NCBI RefSeq assembly: GCF_000317695.1
Contig: NC_019771.1
Span: 2,463,823-2,527,822 of the forward strand
Length of the DNA: 64,000 nucleotides
DNA from: Anabaena cylindrica PCC 7122
GTDB taxonomy: Bacteria > Cyanobacteriota > Cyanobacteriia > Cyanobacteriales > Nostocaceae
Direction of reading: 5' to 3'
Position numbers and translations under genes: made by a program. Shown piece after piece: positions 28,369 through 37,877 of this stretch; the first letter of the stretch is position 1; every line of letters begins with the position of its first letter. Below the pieces are notes generated by a model, which was given only the letters and a program-made list of their open reading frames with translations, had not been told where the DNA came from and ran no database searches.

Positions 28369-28944
28369 ATGTCAATAATGACCATTAAAGATGTAGAACA
28401 AGTTCAAACCGCTTTTAGTGAAGCAGGTTTAGATTACGATGTTGAATTAACAAACGGGAGAATTTCTATTGTGGGTCCTTCGGATATTGTATCTAGTGAA
28501 ATTAGTAGTCGTTTAATTGCTTTCCTCTTCGCTTGGGTAAACCCGCGTCGTTTAGGAAGAGTATTTGATTCTGCTGGTGGTTTTATTTTACCTGATAGCA
28601 ATCTCACCGCACCAGATGTTTCTTTTGTTCGGGCTGCACGTCTGCGTCAAAGTCCCCGTTATTTTGGGGAACTTGTACCAGATTTAGTAGTAGAAATTAA
28701 ATCTCAAAGTGATAGAATTAAACCTTTAGTTACTAAAATTCTCAACTTTATCACATTAGGTGCTGTGATTGGAATTTTAATTGATCCTGATGAGGAAACT
28801 GTTACAGTTTATCGTCATCAAGGTGAACCAACTATTTTAAATAATGGTGATATTTTAACTTTACCTGAACTTTTTCCCGGTTGGGAATTAGCTGTTTCTG
28901 AATTGTGGCCTCCTATTTTTACTGAAGAAGAAACTCAAGGTTAG
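28369..28944 (+). CDS. Uma2-family (DUF820) putative endonuclease
   Basis: VPDLVVEIKSQSDRIKPLVTKILNFITLGAVIGILIDPDEETVTVYRH. Confidence 0.65.
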   Translation: MSIMTIKDVEQVQTAFSEAGLDYDVELTNGRISIVGPSDIVSSEISSRLIAFLFAWVNPRRLGRVFDSAGGFILPDSNLTAPDVSFVRAARLRQSPRYFGELVPDLVVEIKSQSDRIKPLVTKILNFITLGAVIGILIDPDEETVTVYRHQGEPTILNNGDILTLPELFPGWELAVSELWPPIFTEEETQG

Positions 28945-29049
28945 TTTGTTTGATTGGATTAGTTTTTTTGTGGAGTTCTTTCATGAGAAATAGGGAATTT
29001 GTCCTGAAGATAACGGTGTGCGGAGGTTTCTCCGCACTAATCCTTAATT

Positions 29050-29565
29050 TTATTCGTGGATAGTAACTTTGATCATTTTAACTGGAGTTTTGGGGCGATC
29101 GCCTTGTCCCGTTGGAGTGGTTTCAATCGCTTTTAATACATCCATCCCTTCAGTAACTCGACCAAAAACAGGATGCTTGGATTGACCGGGTGTAAACCAA
29201 TCTAAATAGGAGTTGTGGCCAGTGTTGATGAAAAACTGGCAACTGCCACTATTAGGGGCTCCTGTATTAGCCATAGATAGAGTTCCTGGTTCGTTGGAAA
29301 TTTTCCCATCTTCAGGATGCTCATCTTGAATGCAACCATCAGGACCATTACCTGTTCCCGCACGAGGAGAGCTAGGATCTTTACTGTGAGGACAACCAAA
29401 CTGCACCATGAAGTTATTAATCACCCGGTGGAAATGCAGACCATCATAAAAGCCACTTTTAGCCAATTTGATGAAATTTCCAGCCGTTATGGGCATAACA
29501 TCGGTGAATAGCTCAAGAGTAATAGTACCAAGGGACGTTTCAAGGGTTGCGGTGGGATTTGTCAT
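29050..29565 (-). CDS. peptidyl-prolyl cis-trans isomerase, cyclophilin type
   Basis: [20 protein letters not shown]...[26 protein letters not shown]...[18 protein letters not shown]. Confidence 0.85.
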   Translation of the reverse strand: MTNPTATLETSLGTITLELFTDVMPITAGNFIKLAKSGFYDGLHFHRVINNFMVQFGCPHSKDPSSPRAGTGNGPDGCIQDEHPEDGKISNEPGTLSMANTGAPNSGSCQFFINTGHNSYLDWFTPGQSKHPVFGRVTEGMDVLKAIETTPTGQGDRPKTPVKMIKVTIHE

Positions 29566-29720
29566 GAATATTAAATTACTAATCTGTGCAATGGGTTATT
29601 TTGTCGCTTCTAGTTTACCCAAAATCTTGAACATAATGTTAACTAAAATCCACAACTTTTCAAACTAATAATTTCTACTTGTGATAAAGAAACTCAAGAT
29701 TAGGTTATTTTCTCGGCATT

Positions 29721-30299
29721 TCAATCAGGGAAAGCTAAACCGGTACTCGGATCTCTAATATATAATCCCAGTGTCAAACTCCGCATCACTTCATCCCACA
29801 CAGGTATTAATTGCTCTGCTTGATCTGCCCAATAATCAAAAGTAATTAAACATTGAATATTAGAACCTAAACCAACACAAGTCCGAGAAAAAGCTTCCCT
29901 TGGTTCGGCTTGAGTATCAATAAATTTAATTTCACACCACATAATTCTAGCAGTTTGTCGCTTAACGGTAATCACTTCTCCTCTTTCAATCACATCACGG
30001 CTATCATCTTCCATGATTTTCTTCAAAGTTGATTTGAGGGGAAATAGAGTCCAGTCATTCGGTGGTAGGTGATTGTAGGATAATTCTAAACAACAATCAT
30101 CCTTGGGTGGTTTTTTATCCATGAACTTGAATGATTTTTCCTGTGGCTCAAACACCCAATTTTGAGGAACATTGAAGCGAACTGCTCCCCTCCCGGCTAC
30201 AAAAATCTTATAACCATCAGGCCCTTCCCAGTGATGATCCGGTTTTAAGTCTAGGGTTTCTTTAATCCATTGGAGATTGCTTTTCTTACGCTTGCCCAT
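29721..30299 (-). CDS. hypothetical protein
   Basis: 192-aa ORF with no recognised motif. Confidence 0.45.
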   Translation of the reverse strand: MGKRKKSNLQWIKETLDLKPDHHWEGPDGYKIFVAGRGAVRFNVPQNWVFEPQEKSFKFMDKKPPKDDCCLELSYNHLPPNDWTLFPLKSTLKKIMEDDSRDVIERGEVITVKRQTARIMWCEIKFIDTQAEPREAFSRTCVGLGSNIQCLITFDYWADQAEQLIPVWDEVMRSLTLGLYIRDPSTGLAFPD

Positions 30300-30344
30300 A
30301 ATTAAAATAAGCTCCTAAATTTTAGTTTACAGTTCCAACTATTG

Positions 30345-30509
30345 GTGATAAATTACAGAATTTGCAAAATTTGCTTTTATTCTTCAGTTTCAAATCTAAC
30401 ACCTTCATATAGTAGTTCAATCGGAAATTCAAATTCAATATTTGAAAAAGTGATGATGTCTCCAGTAGTTTAGGGATAGTAAAGCCACATTCTTTCTTCT
30501 CCTCGACAG
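30345..30509 (-). pseudogene. Uma2-family endonuclease 3' fragment
   Basis: ~85% nucleotide identity to the 3' end of the intact Uma2 gene at 51434-51600 (...ttcttcagtttcaaatc.aac.ccttcata...ccagtagt.ta.ggatagtaaagccacattc). It ends at the IS left inverted repeat. Confidence 0.5.
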
Positions 30510-31237
30510 TCAGGGTTAGCGCATCTCAAACCCTATTGACAAGGGGATTTATTTGATATGTGGGAGGATGTTCAAGTGAAACAACTCAAGGTAAGTTAAT
30601 ACATAACCCATCTAGTCAATGTATCTAAGCAATGTCAACAGGATTTAAGAAGAAGTGCAAAACCAGAACATCTGTTAAACCCAGTGTAGACAGTAAAGAG
30701 ATTACCAGTAACTTTCTCCAACACTTTACGGAAATAAAAGACCCTAGAGCAGAAAGGACTCGACTGCATCTACTCACCGATATTATCACTATTTCCTTGT
30801 TGGCAGTCATAGCAGGCGCAGAGGGTTGGGAAGATATTGAGGAATATGGACTAAGTAAAAAAGACTGGTTAGAGACATTTTTAAAACTACCAGAAGGAAT
30901 ACCCAGTCCAGATACATTCAGAAGAGTATTTGAGAGAATAAACCCCAAAGAATTTGAGCAATGTTTTCGGAATTGGGTGCAATCATTAGTGGAGAAATTA
31001 GGTGTAGAAGTAGTTGCTATAGATGGTAAAACTCATCGAGGCTCATATGACCGAGAATCGAAACTAAAAGCCTTACATACAGTCAGCGCATGGGAAGAGT
31101 GAAAATAGGTTGATTCTAGGACAAACAAAGGTCAGTTGTAAATCAAATGAAATCACGGCAATTCCAGCACTATTAGAGACTCTGGTCTCCTCTACTGTAA
31201 TTCCCCTGTCAATAGGGTTTGAGATGCGCTAACCCTG
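30510..31237. mobile_element. ISAs1-family insertion sequence remnant (internally deleted) with ~38-bp terminal inverted repeats
   Basis: IR-L CAGGGTTAGCGCATCTCAAACCCTATTGACAAGGGGA (30510-30550) matches the reverse complement of 31199-31237. The enclosed ORF is only the N-terminal 156 aa of an ISAs1/H-repeat transposase. No clear target-site duplication was found. Confidence 0.6.
30632..31102 (+). pseudogene. ISAs1-family transposase, N-terminal fragment
   Basis: IKDPRAERTRLHLLTDIITISLLAVIAGAEGWEDIEEYGLSKKDWLETFLKLPEGIPSPDTFRRVFERINPKEFEQCFRNWV is the family N-terminal signature. It is truncated at 156 aa. Confidence 0.65.
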
Positions 31238-32773
31238 CTGCGGATTCATGCGAATTAAATCCGTCAAAATACTATCCAAACTACCATTAACTTGAATCCG
31301 ATCAATCTTCTCAGCAATACGTTCTAAAACCTCCAATTCTTTCAAACGCAATGCAACAGGATTATCTTCCATTACTTTGGCAGTATTCAACATACTCCGA
31401 GTAGCAGCAGTTTCTTCTCTGCGTCTGACAACATTAGCTTGTGCAGCTTTTTCAGCTTCCACAACCTTACTCAAAATCGCCTTAATTTCCCCAGGTAAAA
31501 TAATATCTTTTACCCCTACAGAATCTACTTCAATTCCATAAGCTGCGGCTTTTTGGCGAATATATTCAGAGATACTTCTATCAATTGCTCCTTTATCTTC
31601 CAATAAAGTATCTAAAGTTCGTTCACCAACTGCACCACGCAAGGCAAATTGCAATTCTTTGTACAAAAATCCAGTAATATCTGATAACGCATTTTTGGCT
31701 TTTAATATGTCTTGAATGCGGAAACCAGCAGTCAAATTTAACCGCAGAGGTACTTTATCTTTAGAGAGGATTTCTTGACCAGAAATTTCCATGTTTTGCA
31801 ATCGTAGGTCAATGGTTTCCGTTTGCCAAGAACGTCCAAATGACCACCAAGCATTTAATCCTGGTTGTAATTGTGTTTGAAATTCCTGATTAATATATAA
31901 TAGTCCAATATGTTGAGGAGGAACTTGACAAATATGTAAATAGTTCCGACTCAGTGTTTTTACTTCTGCTGTTCCTTCGACCAATTCAGAAATTAATGCA
32001 GGTGGTAATTTGGCATTATTGCTAATATCAATAATTTCTACTTCCACACCTTGCCAAAATAATTTACGGCTTGTGGGTGGTAAAATAGAAATTACTTTCC
32101 CCCTATATCGGACAATTGCGACTTGTGAAGGCAATAATTCCACGATTTCACAGTAAGCAGCAACAAAATTTGGATGTTTTTCAATGAGGATATCTTCCAG
32201 GGGAAAATCTGGGTTAGGGACGATCCGGCTGATATTCCGCACTGCTACAGTCTTATCTATTGACCAAAAAGCATATTCTCCTGGTTCTAAAGGTCGGACA
32301 AAATTATTTTGAAGATATAGTAAACCAATCTCAGATTCAAAGATTTGGAATTTCTTCAGTCCATTTAGCGAAAATGAGCGTAATTGTTGGACAAAGTAAT
32401 TAGGTAATTCCCAATTTTCTTCTAAGTTAAAAAGATGAGATTCTACTTCTATGAAACCACGCCAAAAAGCTCGTAATTGATTAGGGGCAACACTTATCCA
32501 ATTCTGACCCAGACGAACTAAAGCAGCTTCGTTGAATGCGGTTCTCACAATCAAGAGATATTTTTGCAGTTCTGTACCATGATTTCGCAATAATAATTCT
32601 AGGTTTTCGATTTCTGCTTCTGGTTCGTTGAGGTCATGAGTTCTAATTTGCCAATGACGACCAAAATAAGTATATGTACCAGGCTGCAAAACTTTCTTAA
32701 AGTCGCTGCGGTGATATAAAATGCCAATTTCATTAGGTTTGATGTAAAATGTTTTCCACATAGTAATTTGCAT
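31229..32773 (-). CDS. SPFH/band-7 domain protein with four N-terminal ~100-aa repeats
   Basis: The C-terminus (GEIKAILSKVVEAEKAAQANVVRRREETAATRSML...ALRLKELEVLERIAEK) is typical of SPFH/stomatin-like proteins. The N-terminal repeats are GILYHRSDFKKVLQPGTYTYFG / GLLYLQNNFVRPLEPGEYAFWS / VAIVRYRGKVISILPPTSRKLFWQ / GLLYINQEFQTQLQPGLNAWWS. The stop codon lies in the IS inverted repeat. Confidence 0.55.
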   Translation of the reverse strand: MQITMWKTFYIKPNEIGILYHRSDFKKVLQPGTYTYFGRHWQIRTHDLNEPEAEIENLELLLRNHGTELQKYLLIVRTAFNEAALVRLGQNWISVAPNQLRAFWRGFIEVESHLFNLEENWELPNYFVQQLRSFSLNGLKKFQIFESEIGLLYLQNNFVRPLEPGEYAFWSIDKTVAVRNISRIVPNPDFPLEDILIEKHPNFVAAYCEIVELLPSQVAIVRYRGKVISILPPTSRKLFWQGVEVEIIDISNNAKLPPALISELVEGTAEVKTLSRNYLHICQVPPQHIGLLYINQEFQTQLQPGLNAWWSFGRSWQTETIDLRLQNMEISGQEILSKDKVPLRLNLTAGFRIQDILKAKNALSDITGFLYKELQFALRGAVGERTLDTLLEDKGAIDRSISEYIRQKAAAYGIEVDSVGVKDIILPGEIKAILSKVVEAEKAAQANVVRRREETAATRSMLNTAKVMEDNPVALRLKELEVLERIAEKIDRIQVNGSLDSILTDLIRMNPQQG

Positions 32774-33104
32774 ATTTGGGCGATAAATGATTTATTGTAT
32801 TTACTTGTAATTACATGCTACATAACATTTTTTACTCTGTCAATACAAGTGTTCACAGTTTATGTGTGGGCAAAAACTTCGCCAAAACTGGATTAAGAAG
32901 AATGTAACTTTTTCCTAGCTGCTCCGTAGCAACCCAGAGCAAGAAAACATCCTGCAAATATGCCGTTCGATTGTCCTTATGGAAACCGAAGGGACAAACT
33001 CAAGTTAGGGAGAAAAGCAGTTGCGCTTACTCATTAACTGTAGCCATTAAGCATCACCCTTGCGAGTAATAACCAACAGCAGAACACTTGCACCGCAGAG
33101 TTAA

Positions 33105-33190
33105 TGAAGATAACACGGATTTGAACCGTAGGATTTCTCCTTTACCACTTGCTACTTCCCAAAAGTAGTGTCCTTTAACCCGGACAGGGT
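33105..33190 (-). tRNA. tRNA-like sequence (T-arm TACGG-TTCAAAT-CCGTG present; acceptor could not be paired)
   Basis: The minus-strand GGTTCAAATCC T-loop and an anticodon-like hairpin CTACT-TTTGGGA-AGTAG are present. No 7-bp acceptor complement was found, so this may be a pseudogene or a mis-parse. Confidence 0.25.
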
Positions 33191-33192
33191 TG

Positions 33193-33266
33193 GTTGAAAG
33201 TACAGGATTTGAACCTGTTACAGATCGATTAAAAGTCGATTGCTCTACCAAATGAGCTAACTTCCG
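33193..33266 (-). tRNA. tRNA-Lys(UUU)-like
   Basis: Minus strand: D-arm TAGCTCATTTGGTAGAGCA. Anticodon stem-loop ATCGA-CTTTTAA-TCGAT. T-arm ACAGG-TTCAAAT-CCTGT. The acceptor pairs over 6 bp. Confidence 0.5.
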
Positions 33267-33268
33267 GG

Positions 33269-33341
33269 GGTTTGATACAGGATTTGAACCTGCGACGGGT
33301 TGATTATAAGTCAACTGCTCTACCAACTGAGCTAATCAAAC
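33269..33341 (-). tRNA. tRNA-Ile(UAU)-like
   Basis: Minus strand: acceptor GTTTGAT/ATCAAAC. D-arm TAGCTCAGTTGGTAGAGCA. Anticodon stem-loop GTTGA-CTTATAA-TCAAC. T-arm GCAGG-TTCAAAT-CCTGT. Confidence 0.55.
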
Positions 33342-33551
33342 GATAGAATAGGTTGGAGGACTCAGCGGTATACGCTCATACTAGAGTTTGGCGCACCAGT
33401 TAGGTATACAGAACCTAAACTATAGCTTTGTAACTTTACTGCTATCCCACTTCAAATGTAGCATATTGTAATTTGCTATGAATTTTTTTTTAATTCTTGC
33501 CAGAATCTGAGGGTTAAACTAAACTAAGTTTGTAGACTTAGCTAAAAACCT

Positions 33552-33797
33552 ATGGAAACTGTAAATATCCATCAAGCTAAAACGAATCTCTCACGTCTAT
33601 TATCCCGTGTAGAACATGGGGAAGAGATTATTATTTCTAACCGGGGTGTTCCCGTCGCTAAGTTAGTTCCGTTTAGTGTTTCGTCTCACCGCAGAGATAG
33701 TTTAGGACAAGATCGAGGAAAATTTGTAATTCCAGAAGACTTTAATGCACCTTTACCAGAGGACATTTTGGCAGCGTTTGAGGCTAATGAGGAGTGA
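33552..33797 (+). CDS. type II antitoxin (Phd/YefM-like)
   Basis: 81 aa, ...NIHQAKTNLSRLLSRVEHGEEIIISNRGVPVAKLVP. Its stop overlaps the start of the downstream PIN gene. Confidence 0.7.
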   Translation: METVNIHQAKTNLSRLLSRVEHGEEIIISNRGVPVAKLVPFSVSSHRRDSLGQDRGKFVIPEDFNAPLPEDILAAFEANEE

Positions 33798-34198
33798 AAC
33801 TTTTACTGGATACACAGTGTTTTTTATGGTGGTTTGCTGAACCTGAGCGTTTGCATGAAGAAGCGATCGCACATATTGCTGATGAAAGCAATGAACTATG
33901 GCTTTCTGTAGCTAGTGTGTGGGAAATGGGGATAAAAGTTGCAATTGGTAAGTTACCATTACCAGAACCACTGGATAGTTACATTTCTAGCCGCATGATG
34001 AAATTGGGGGCGAAATCTTTGGAAATTACAGCTTCTCATGCACTCAGAACGGTGGCTTTACCGTTGCATCATCGAGATCCTTTCGACAGAATGCTCATTG
34101 CACAAGCACAGATGGAAAGTATGACGCTTGTGACTGCGGATTCAATGCTTAAAGAGTATCAAGATACTGCTATTCTTTGGGCTGGGAATAAAGGTTAG
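33794..34198 (+). CDS. vapC: PIN-domain toxin VapC
   Basis: MKLLLDTQCFLWW...SVASVWEMGIK...ADSML has the PIN acidic residues. It is 4-nt overlapped with the antitoxin gene. Confidence 0.75.
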   Translation: MKLLLDTQCFLWWFAEPERLHEEAIAHIADESNELWLSVASVWEMGIKVAIGKLPLPEPLDSYISSRMMKLGAKSLEITASHALRTVALPLHHRDPFDRMLIAQAQMESMTLVTADSMLKEYQDTAILWAGNKG

Positions 34199-34261
34199 TT
34201 TGGGAAGTGCGGCTACAATGAATGCTTACCGAAGCGATCGCACTCAACTCTATAATATTCC

Positions 34262-35426
34262 TCATTCAGATAAAATAATTGTAGCTAATCGTTCCTCAAC
34301 TTCTTGAATATAATCTGTTAAACCTGTATCAACTCCTCTTTCTCGTAGATGTTTTAAATTTGTATCTTCCCAACACTGCTTTTCCCGTTCCATATCGTTT
34401 CCTGTTAGCTGTTCAACTACTACTTTTACATTTCTCATTCGTTCAGGTTCTTTCTCAGAAGTAGCACGTAATCTGTGCGACTCTATGCAAGGATGAAAAC
34501 TCAATTTATTTTTGATTTCTTCAAGAATTTGTTCCTCTTCTTGATTAGATGCAATAAACCCATTTAAAACCCATGCTTCACGTTTTGGATCAGCCGCACC
34601 AATGACAATTTCTAATTTAGGTATTCCATTAATATGTTTTAAACGTGCTTGCTCAATTCCTTCTTTACGTTCCGGTTGATTATCTAAATCACGGATAAAA
34701 ATAACAGCTTTAATATGTCGTCTTTTTTGTAAAAAACGTACCAAATTAAGAACTTTAATAGATGCTGCACCATCAGCTTCTAAAGATACACCCTTACTAT
34801 AATGACCTAAATATCTGGGTTCCTTATATTTTAGTTGTTTTTTTGCATCGACTCAGCTTTTCTTCTATGAATTGAAATTTATCTGGAGCTTCGTCACGAA
34901 GAGAATCTAAAGTAGGTGCTAATCCTGAACCGTCAAATTCAACTCTTGGCGTAATTTCTTCACTGTAAGCTGGTTTAGCGAGATTGGAAGCTATTAATTT
35001 TAAATAAATAGTGTTTTTTAAAGATTGAGGAATTTTGGATATATCTCTAAAACGTGGATCTTGATCCCAATCATATTGATGTCCATCTATACTTAATATT
35101 ATGATGGAATTGTGATTATAAATTTTCTCTTCTTCAATACTGTAGAAAAATTTCCACTTTCTCTTAATATTATCTTGCCAATAACCACTCGCAGTTATAG
35201 ACATCCTTTTTTCACCCATTGTTGTAATAAATTGATGTAGATTTTCATGTTTAAATATTTGTGTAGAGGATGAATAAGTAAGCATACTTAAACTATACAA
35301 AGCTTGTAAAACCGTTGTTTTACCAGCACTGTTTTTTCCTACAATTCCATGTAATCGGGAGTTATCGAAATTGAGTTCTGTAGATTTATGGCTTTTGAAA
35401 TTATGAAGTATTAGTTTTTCTAGCAT
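34262..35426 (-). pseudogene. AAA_21/OLD-family-like ATPase, split by a frameshift at a T7/A7 homopolymer (ORFs 34824-35426 and 34262-34852)
   Basis: The N-terminal ORF has the OLD/AAA_21-type start MLEKLILHNFKSHKSTELNFDNSRLHGIVGKNSAGKTTVLQAL. The downstream ORF stays open in frame up to 34852 without a start codon, overlaps by ~29 nt in another frame, and carries a Walker-B-like hhhhD block (HIKAVIFIRDLDNQ) plus ...PKREAWVLNG. The combined length of ~388 aa matches the family. Alternatively the downstream part is a separate DUF4276-like partner. Confidence 0.5.
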
Positions 35427-35438
35427 ATTTTTTATAAA

Positions 35439-35663
35439 TCACAATAATTCAGGAATATATTTATTTTCATAGTTTTCAATTAATGCACCAATTACTTCCA
35501 TAAGAGATGCGAGAGGATGAGTTTCATCTTCACCAACTCGATCAATAAGAGAATCAAGTATATTAACCAAGTATTCATATTCCTCTTCTGTGTGAGGAAC
35601 AAAAACATTTTTGGCAATAGATGACCAAGCGGTGATAGTTTGATTGATGTTTAAACTTTGCAT
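35439..35663 (-). CDS. HigA-like (COG5499) N-terminal domain protein, truncated (no HTH)
   Basis: TEEEYEYLVNILDSLIDRVGEDETHPLASLMEVIGALIENYENKYIPE matches the N-terminal module of HigA-type antitoxins. Confidence 0.4.
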   Translation of the reverse strand: MQSLNINQTITAWSSIAKNVFVPHTEEEYEYLVNILDSLIDRVGEDETHPLASLMEVIGALIENYENKYIPELL

Positions 35664-36082
35664 TATTCTTTTTTTGAATGTACCTCAAAAGCCAAATCTG
35701 CACGGTAAAAACACACATCAAACTCTAAAAAGAAGTTCATACGCCCTAATAATAAAGGTACATCATCAGATAAGCACCACGCAAAAACTAAGCGAACAGG
35801 CTCAAATGATCCAATCTGGGCAGATACCAGTAAACCTCTTGCCTCTACTGGTGCTAAATTGCCAGCTAATATCACAGAAGTAGTCTGTTCTTCCCAAATT
35901 GCACCTAGCTGAATACCTACAGTGTATGGGAGAACGTTAACACTTGCGCCAGTATCCAATAAACCGGAAACATCTACCGATGAGTTACGATAAGTAAGTG
36001 TTAATGGTAACTTTGGTAGAGCATCAGGAACACCAAAGGTATCATATCCCTCTGTAAAGGCAAATCTTTGAGTTTTAGCCAT
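35663..36082 (-). CDS. retropepsin-like aspartic protease
   Basis: LLDTGASVNVLP has the D-T/S-G-A active-site motif, in a 139-aa single-domain context. Confidence 0.7.
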   Translation of the reverse strand: MAKTQRFAFTEGYDTFGVPDALPKLPLTLTYRNSSVDVSGLLDTGASVNVLPYTVGIQLGAIWEEQTTSVILAGNLAPVEARGLLVSAQIGSFEPVRLVFAWCLSDDVPLLLGRMNFFLEFDVCFYRADLAFEVHSKKE

Positions 36083-36299
36083 TGTGCTTTTGATCGTCCG
36101 CTTCTAGTAGTTGAGCAAGTTGATGTGCGGCTGCATGGGAATTAAGCGGGGATAAAATAGAATAGGTTGCTCCCTGTTCTAATGATGGTTCTTCATCCCT
36201 AGATAATTCGGAGACTAGAAACTGCATTACTTTTAGTTTGTCTGCACGATTTAGATTTCGCAGGGTAGGAAATAGTTCTATGGCGTTCATAATTGTCAT
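36075..36299 (-). CDS. hypothetical small protein (upstream partner of retropepsin gene, 8-nt overlap)
   Basis: 74-aa ORF translationally coupled to the protease gene. Confidence 0.4.
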   Translation of the reverse strand: MTIMNAIELFPTLRNLNRADKLKVMQFLVSELSRDEEPSLEQGATYSILSPLNSHAAAHQLAQLLEADDQKHNG

Positions 36300-36413
36300 A
36301 GTAGAGGGAATTTCATATTTCTATTTTTCCACAAGTTTCATGATTGTGCGATCGCTCTTTGGGATTTGAAAAGGTGCGATCGCAATTTGCGATAATGCAC
36401 CCTAAATGACAGT

Positions 36414-37685
36414 TTACTCAGTAAGCAAACTTAGTCCAAATATCCAGGCAGGTGGGTTATTACTGGTATAGTCACCTCTAAAGATACCTGTGATGGGAGA
36501 TTCGACGGGTCCAAACACAACTTTCCATGTTTTGTTTAAACGAGGTGAGAATACTTTTATAATATGAAGATTACAGGACATAGGTATGTCCATATAGGCA
36601 TCATAGCCATTAAATTTTTCGGGATAGACACGGAGAAGATATGTTTCTTGAGTGACTTTTTGACCATCAATAGTTTCAAGTTCAATTTCCTCATACCAAT
36701 AGTCTCGTTCTTGAGGATGATGAGTTGCAGAATTGAAAAGCCTATTTTCCTCCATACGAATTTCTTCTACTACATCTTCATCTGCACCATATAAATCTAG
36801 TAAGCGCGAGAAGGATATAATATGAAATGAACATCCCTCTGTTTCTCGCCTAAATTCATCTACAAGTTCATATCTCGGATATAAAGCTTTTTTCTCGGAT
36901 CTATAAAACCAATCATGCTTCTCTTCGCCTGAAACAAAGATAACGTGGCTTTTATTCGATTTTCCAATTTCTAATATCGTCAGCCAGATTAGAAGATCAC
37001 CAATTCCTAAGTCTGGCTTACCTCCATCCTTATAACCCGGTGGATTTTTATGCAATATGAGGTTTTTCAAATCTTCTTTGACTTTATTTTGATCAATTTC
37101 TGGCTCTATAATTACACTTTTATTAAAAATTTCAGCGTAAATTAAACTAACTGGATCATTCCAAGTCCACCCACTAATATGATCTATTACAGAGCTAATA
37201 GCTTTCGTGTATTTTTTAATAAGTTCATTAATTTCTTTTTCAATCTCAAGAGTTTCTTTATATGCTTCTAATGACTCAAGAAGTGGGTACTTTCCTATAT
37301 CAAATTTATGTTGTGATGAATTCTTTCGAGTTAATTGTTGGTAAACTTCTGCTATCTTAGTAGGTCTATTCTTAACAAATTCTCTAGCAGCTTGCGCTGG
37401 TATTATTAGACGATTATTTTGTACTAACTCTCTGTATATCTTTTGAATCTGATTAAGGCTATTTGTGCCTGTCGTATATGGAACAAGTAAAGTATTTGTA
37501 TCGAGGACAATAATTGCATTATCTTTGATATCTTCAACTGGCTTGAGTACATTAGCGAATAATGAGGTTGCATCAGGAAAAATCCGATTAGCAATAAAAA
37601 TATCAACTTCACTTTGTTCTGATTTACCTTGATTTGGTGACATAATTTTAAACTCCAATTTACATAATTTTTTAGATGAACACAA
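36414..37685 (-). CDS. PIN-like domain protein with large C-terminal extension
   Basis: NAIIVLDTNTLLVPYTTGTNSL (N-terminal PIN acidic core) and ...KPDLGIGDLLIWLTILEIGKSNKSHVIFVSGEEKHDW. 423 aa. Confidence 0.5.
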   Translation of the reverse strand: MCSSKKLCKLEFKIMSPNQGKSEQSEVDIFIANRIFPDATSLFANVLKPVEDIKDNAIIVLDTNTLLVPYTTGTNSLNQIQKIYRELVQNNRLIIPAQAAREFVKNRPTKIAEVYQQLTRKNSSQHKFDIGKYPLLESLEAYKETLEIEKEINELIKKYTKAISSVIDHISGWTWNDPVSLIYAEIFNKSVIIEPEIDQNKVKEDLKNLILHKNPPGYKDGGKPDLGIGDLLIWLTILEIGKSNKSHVIFVSGEEKHDWFYRSEKKALYPRYELVDEFRRETEGCSFHIISFSRLLDLYGADEDVVEEIRMEENRLFNSATHHPQERDYWYEEIELETIDGQKVTQETYLLRVYPEKFNGYDAYMDIPMSCNLHIIKVFSPRLNKTWKVVFGPVESPITGIFRGDYTSNNPPAWIFGLSLLTE

Positions 37686-37877
37686 AGTACATAGTGATGT
37701 TATCTAGAATAGACTAATCTTTTACATAGGAAGCATTATTTAGAAACATGATTTTAGCTTTTTGCTCATCCATTTGTAGCAATAAGTGTCTTAAATCATG
37801 TAAGGCATTTTCTATGAAAGGAATAACAAAGCTATCATCATTAAATGGTTCAATTTCATCCTCAGCTTGAGAAATTG

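Noticed and set aside
33054-33326. 90-aa minus-strand ORF
   Set aside because: It spans three minus-strand tRNA-like genes. GGTTCAAATCC T-loops are translated within it.
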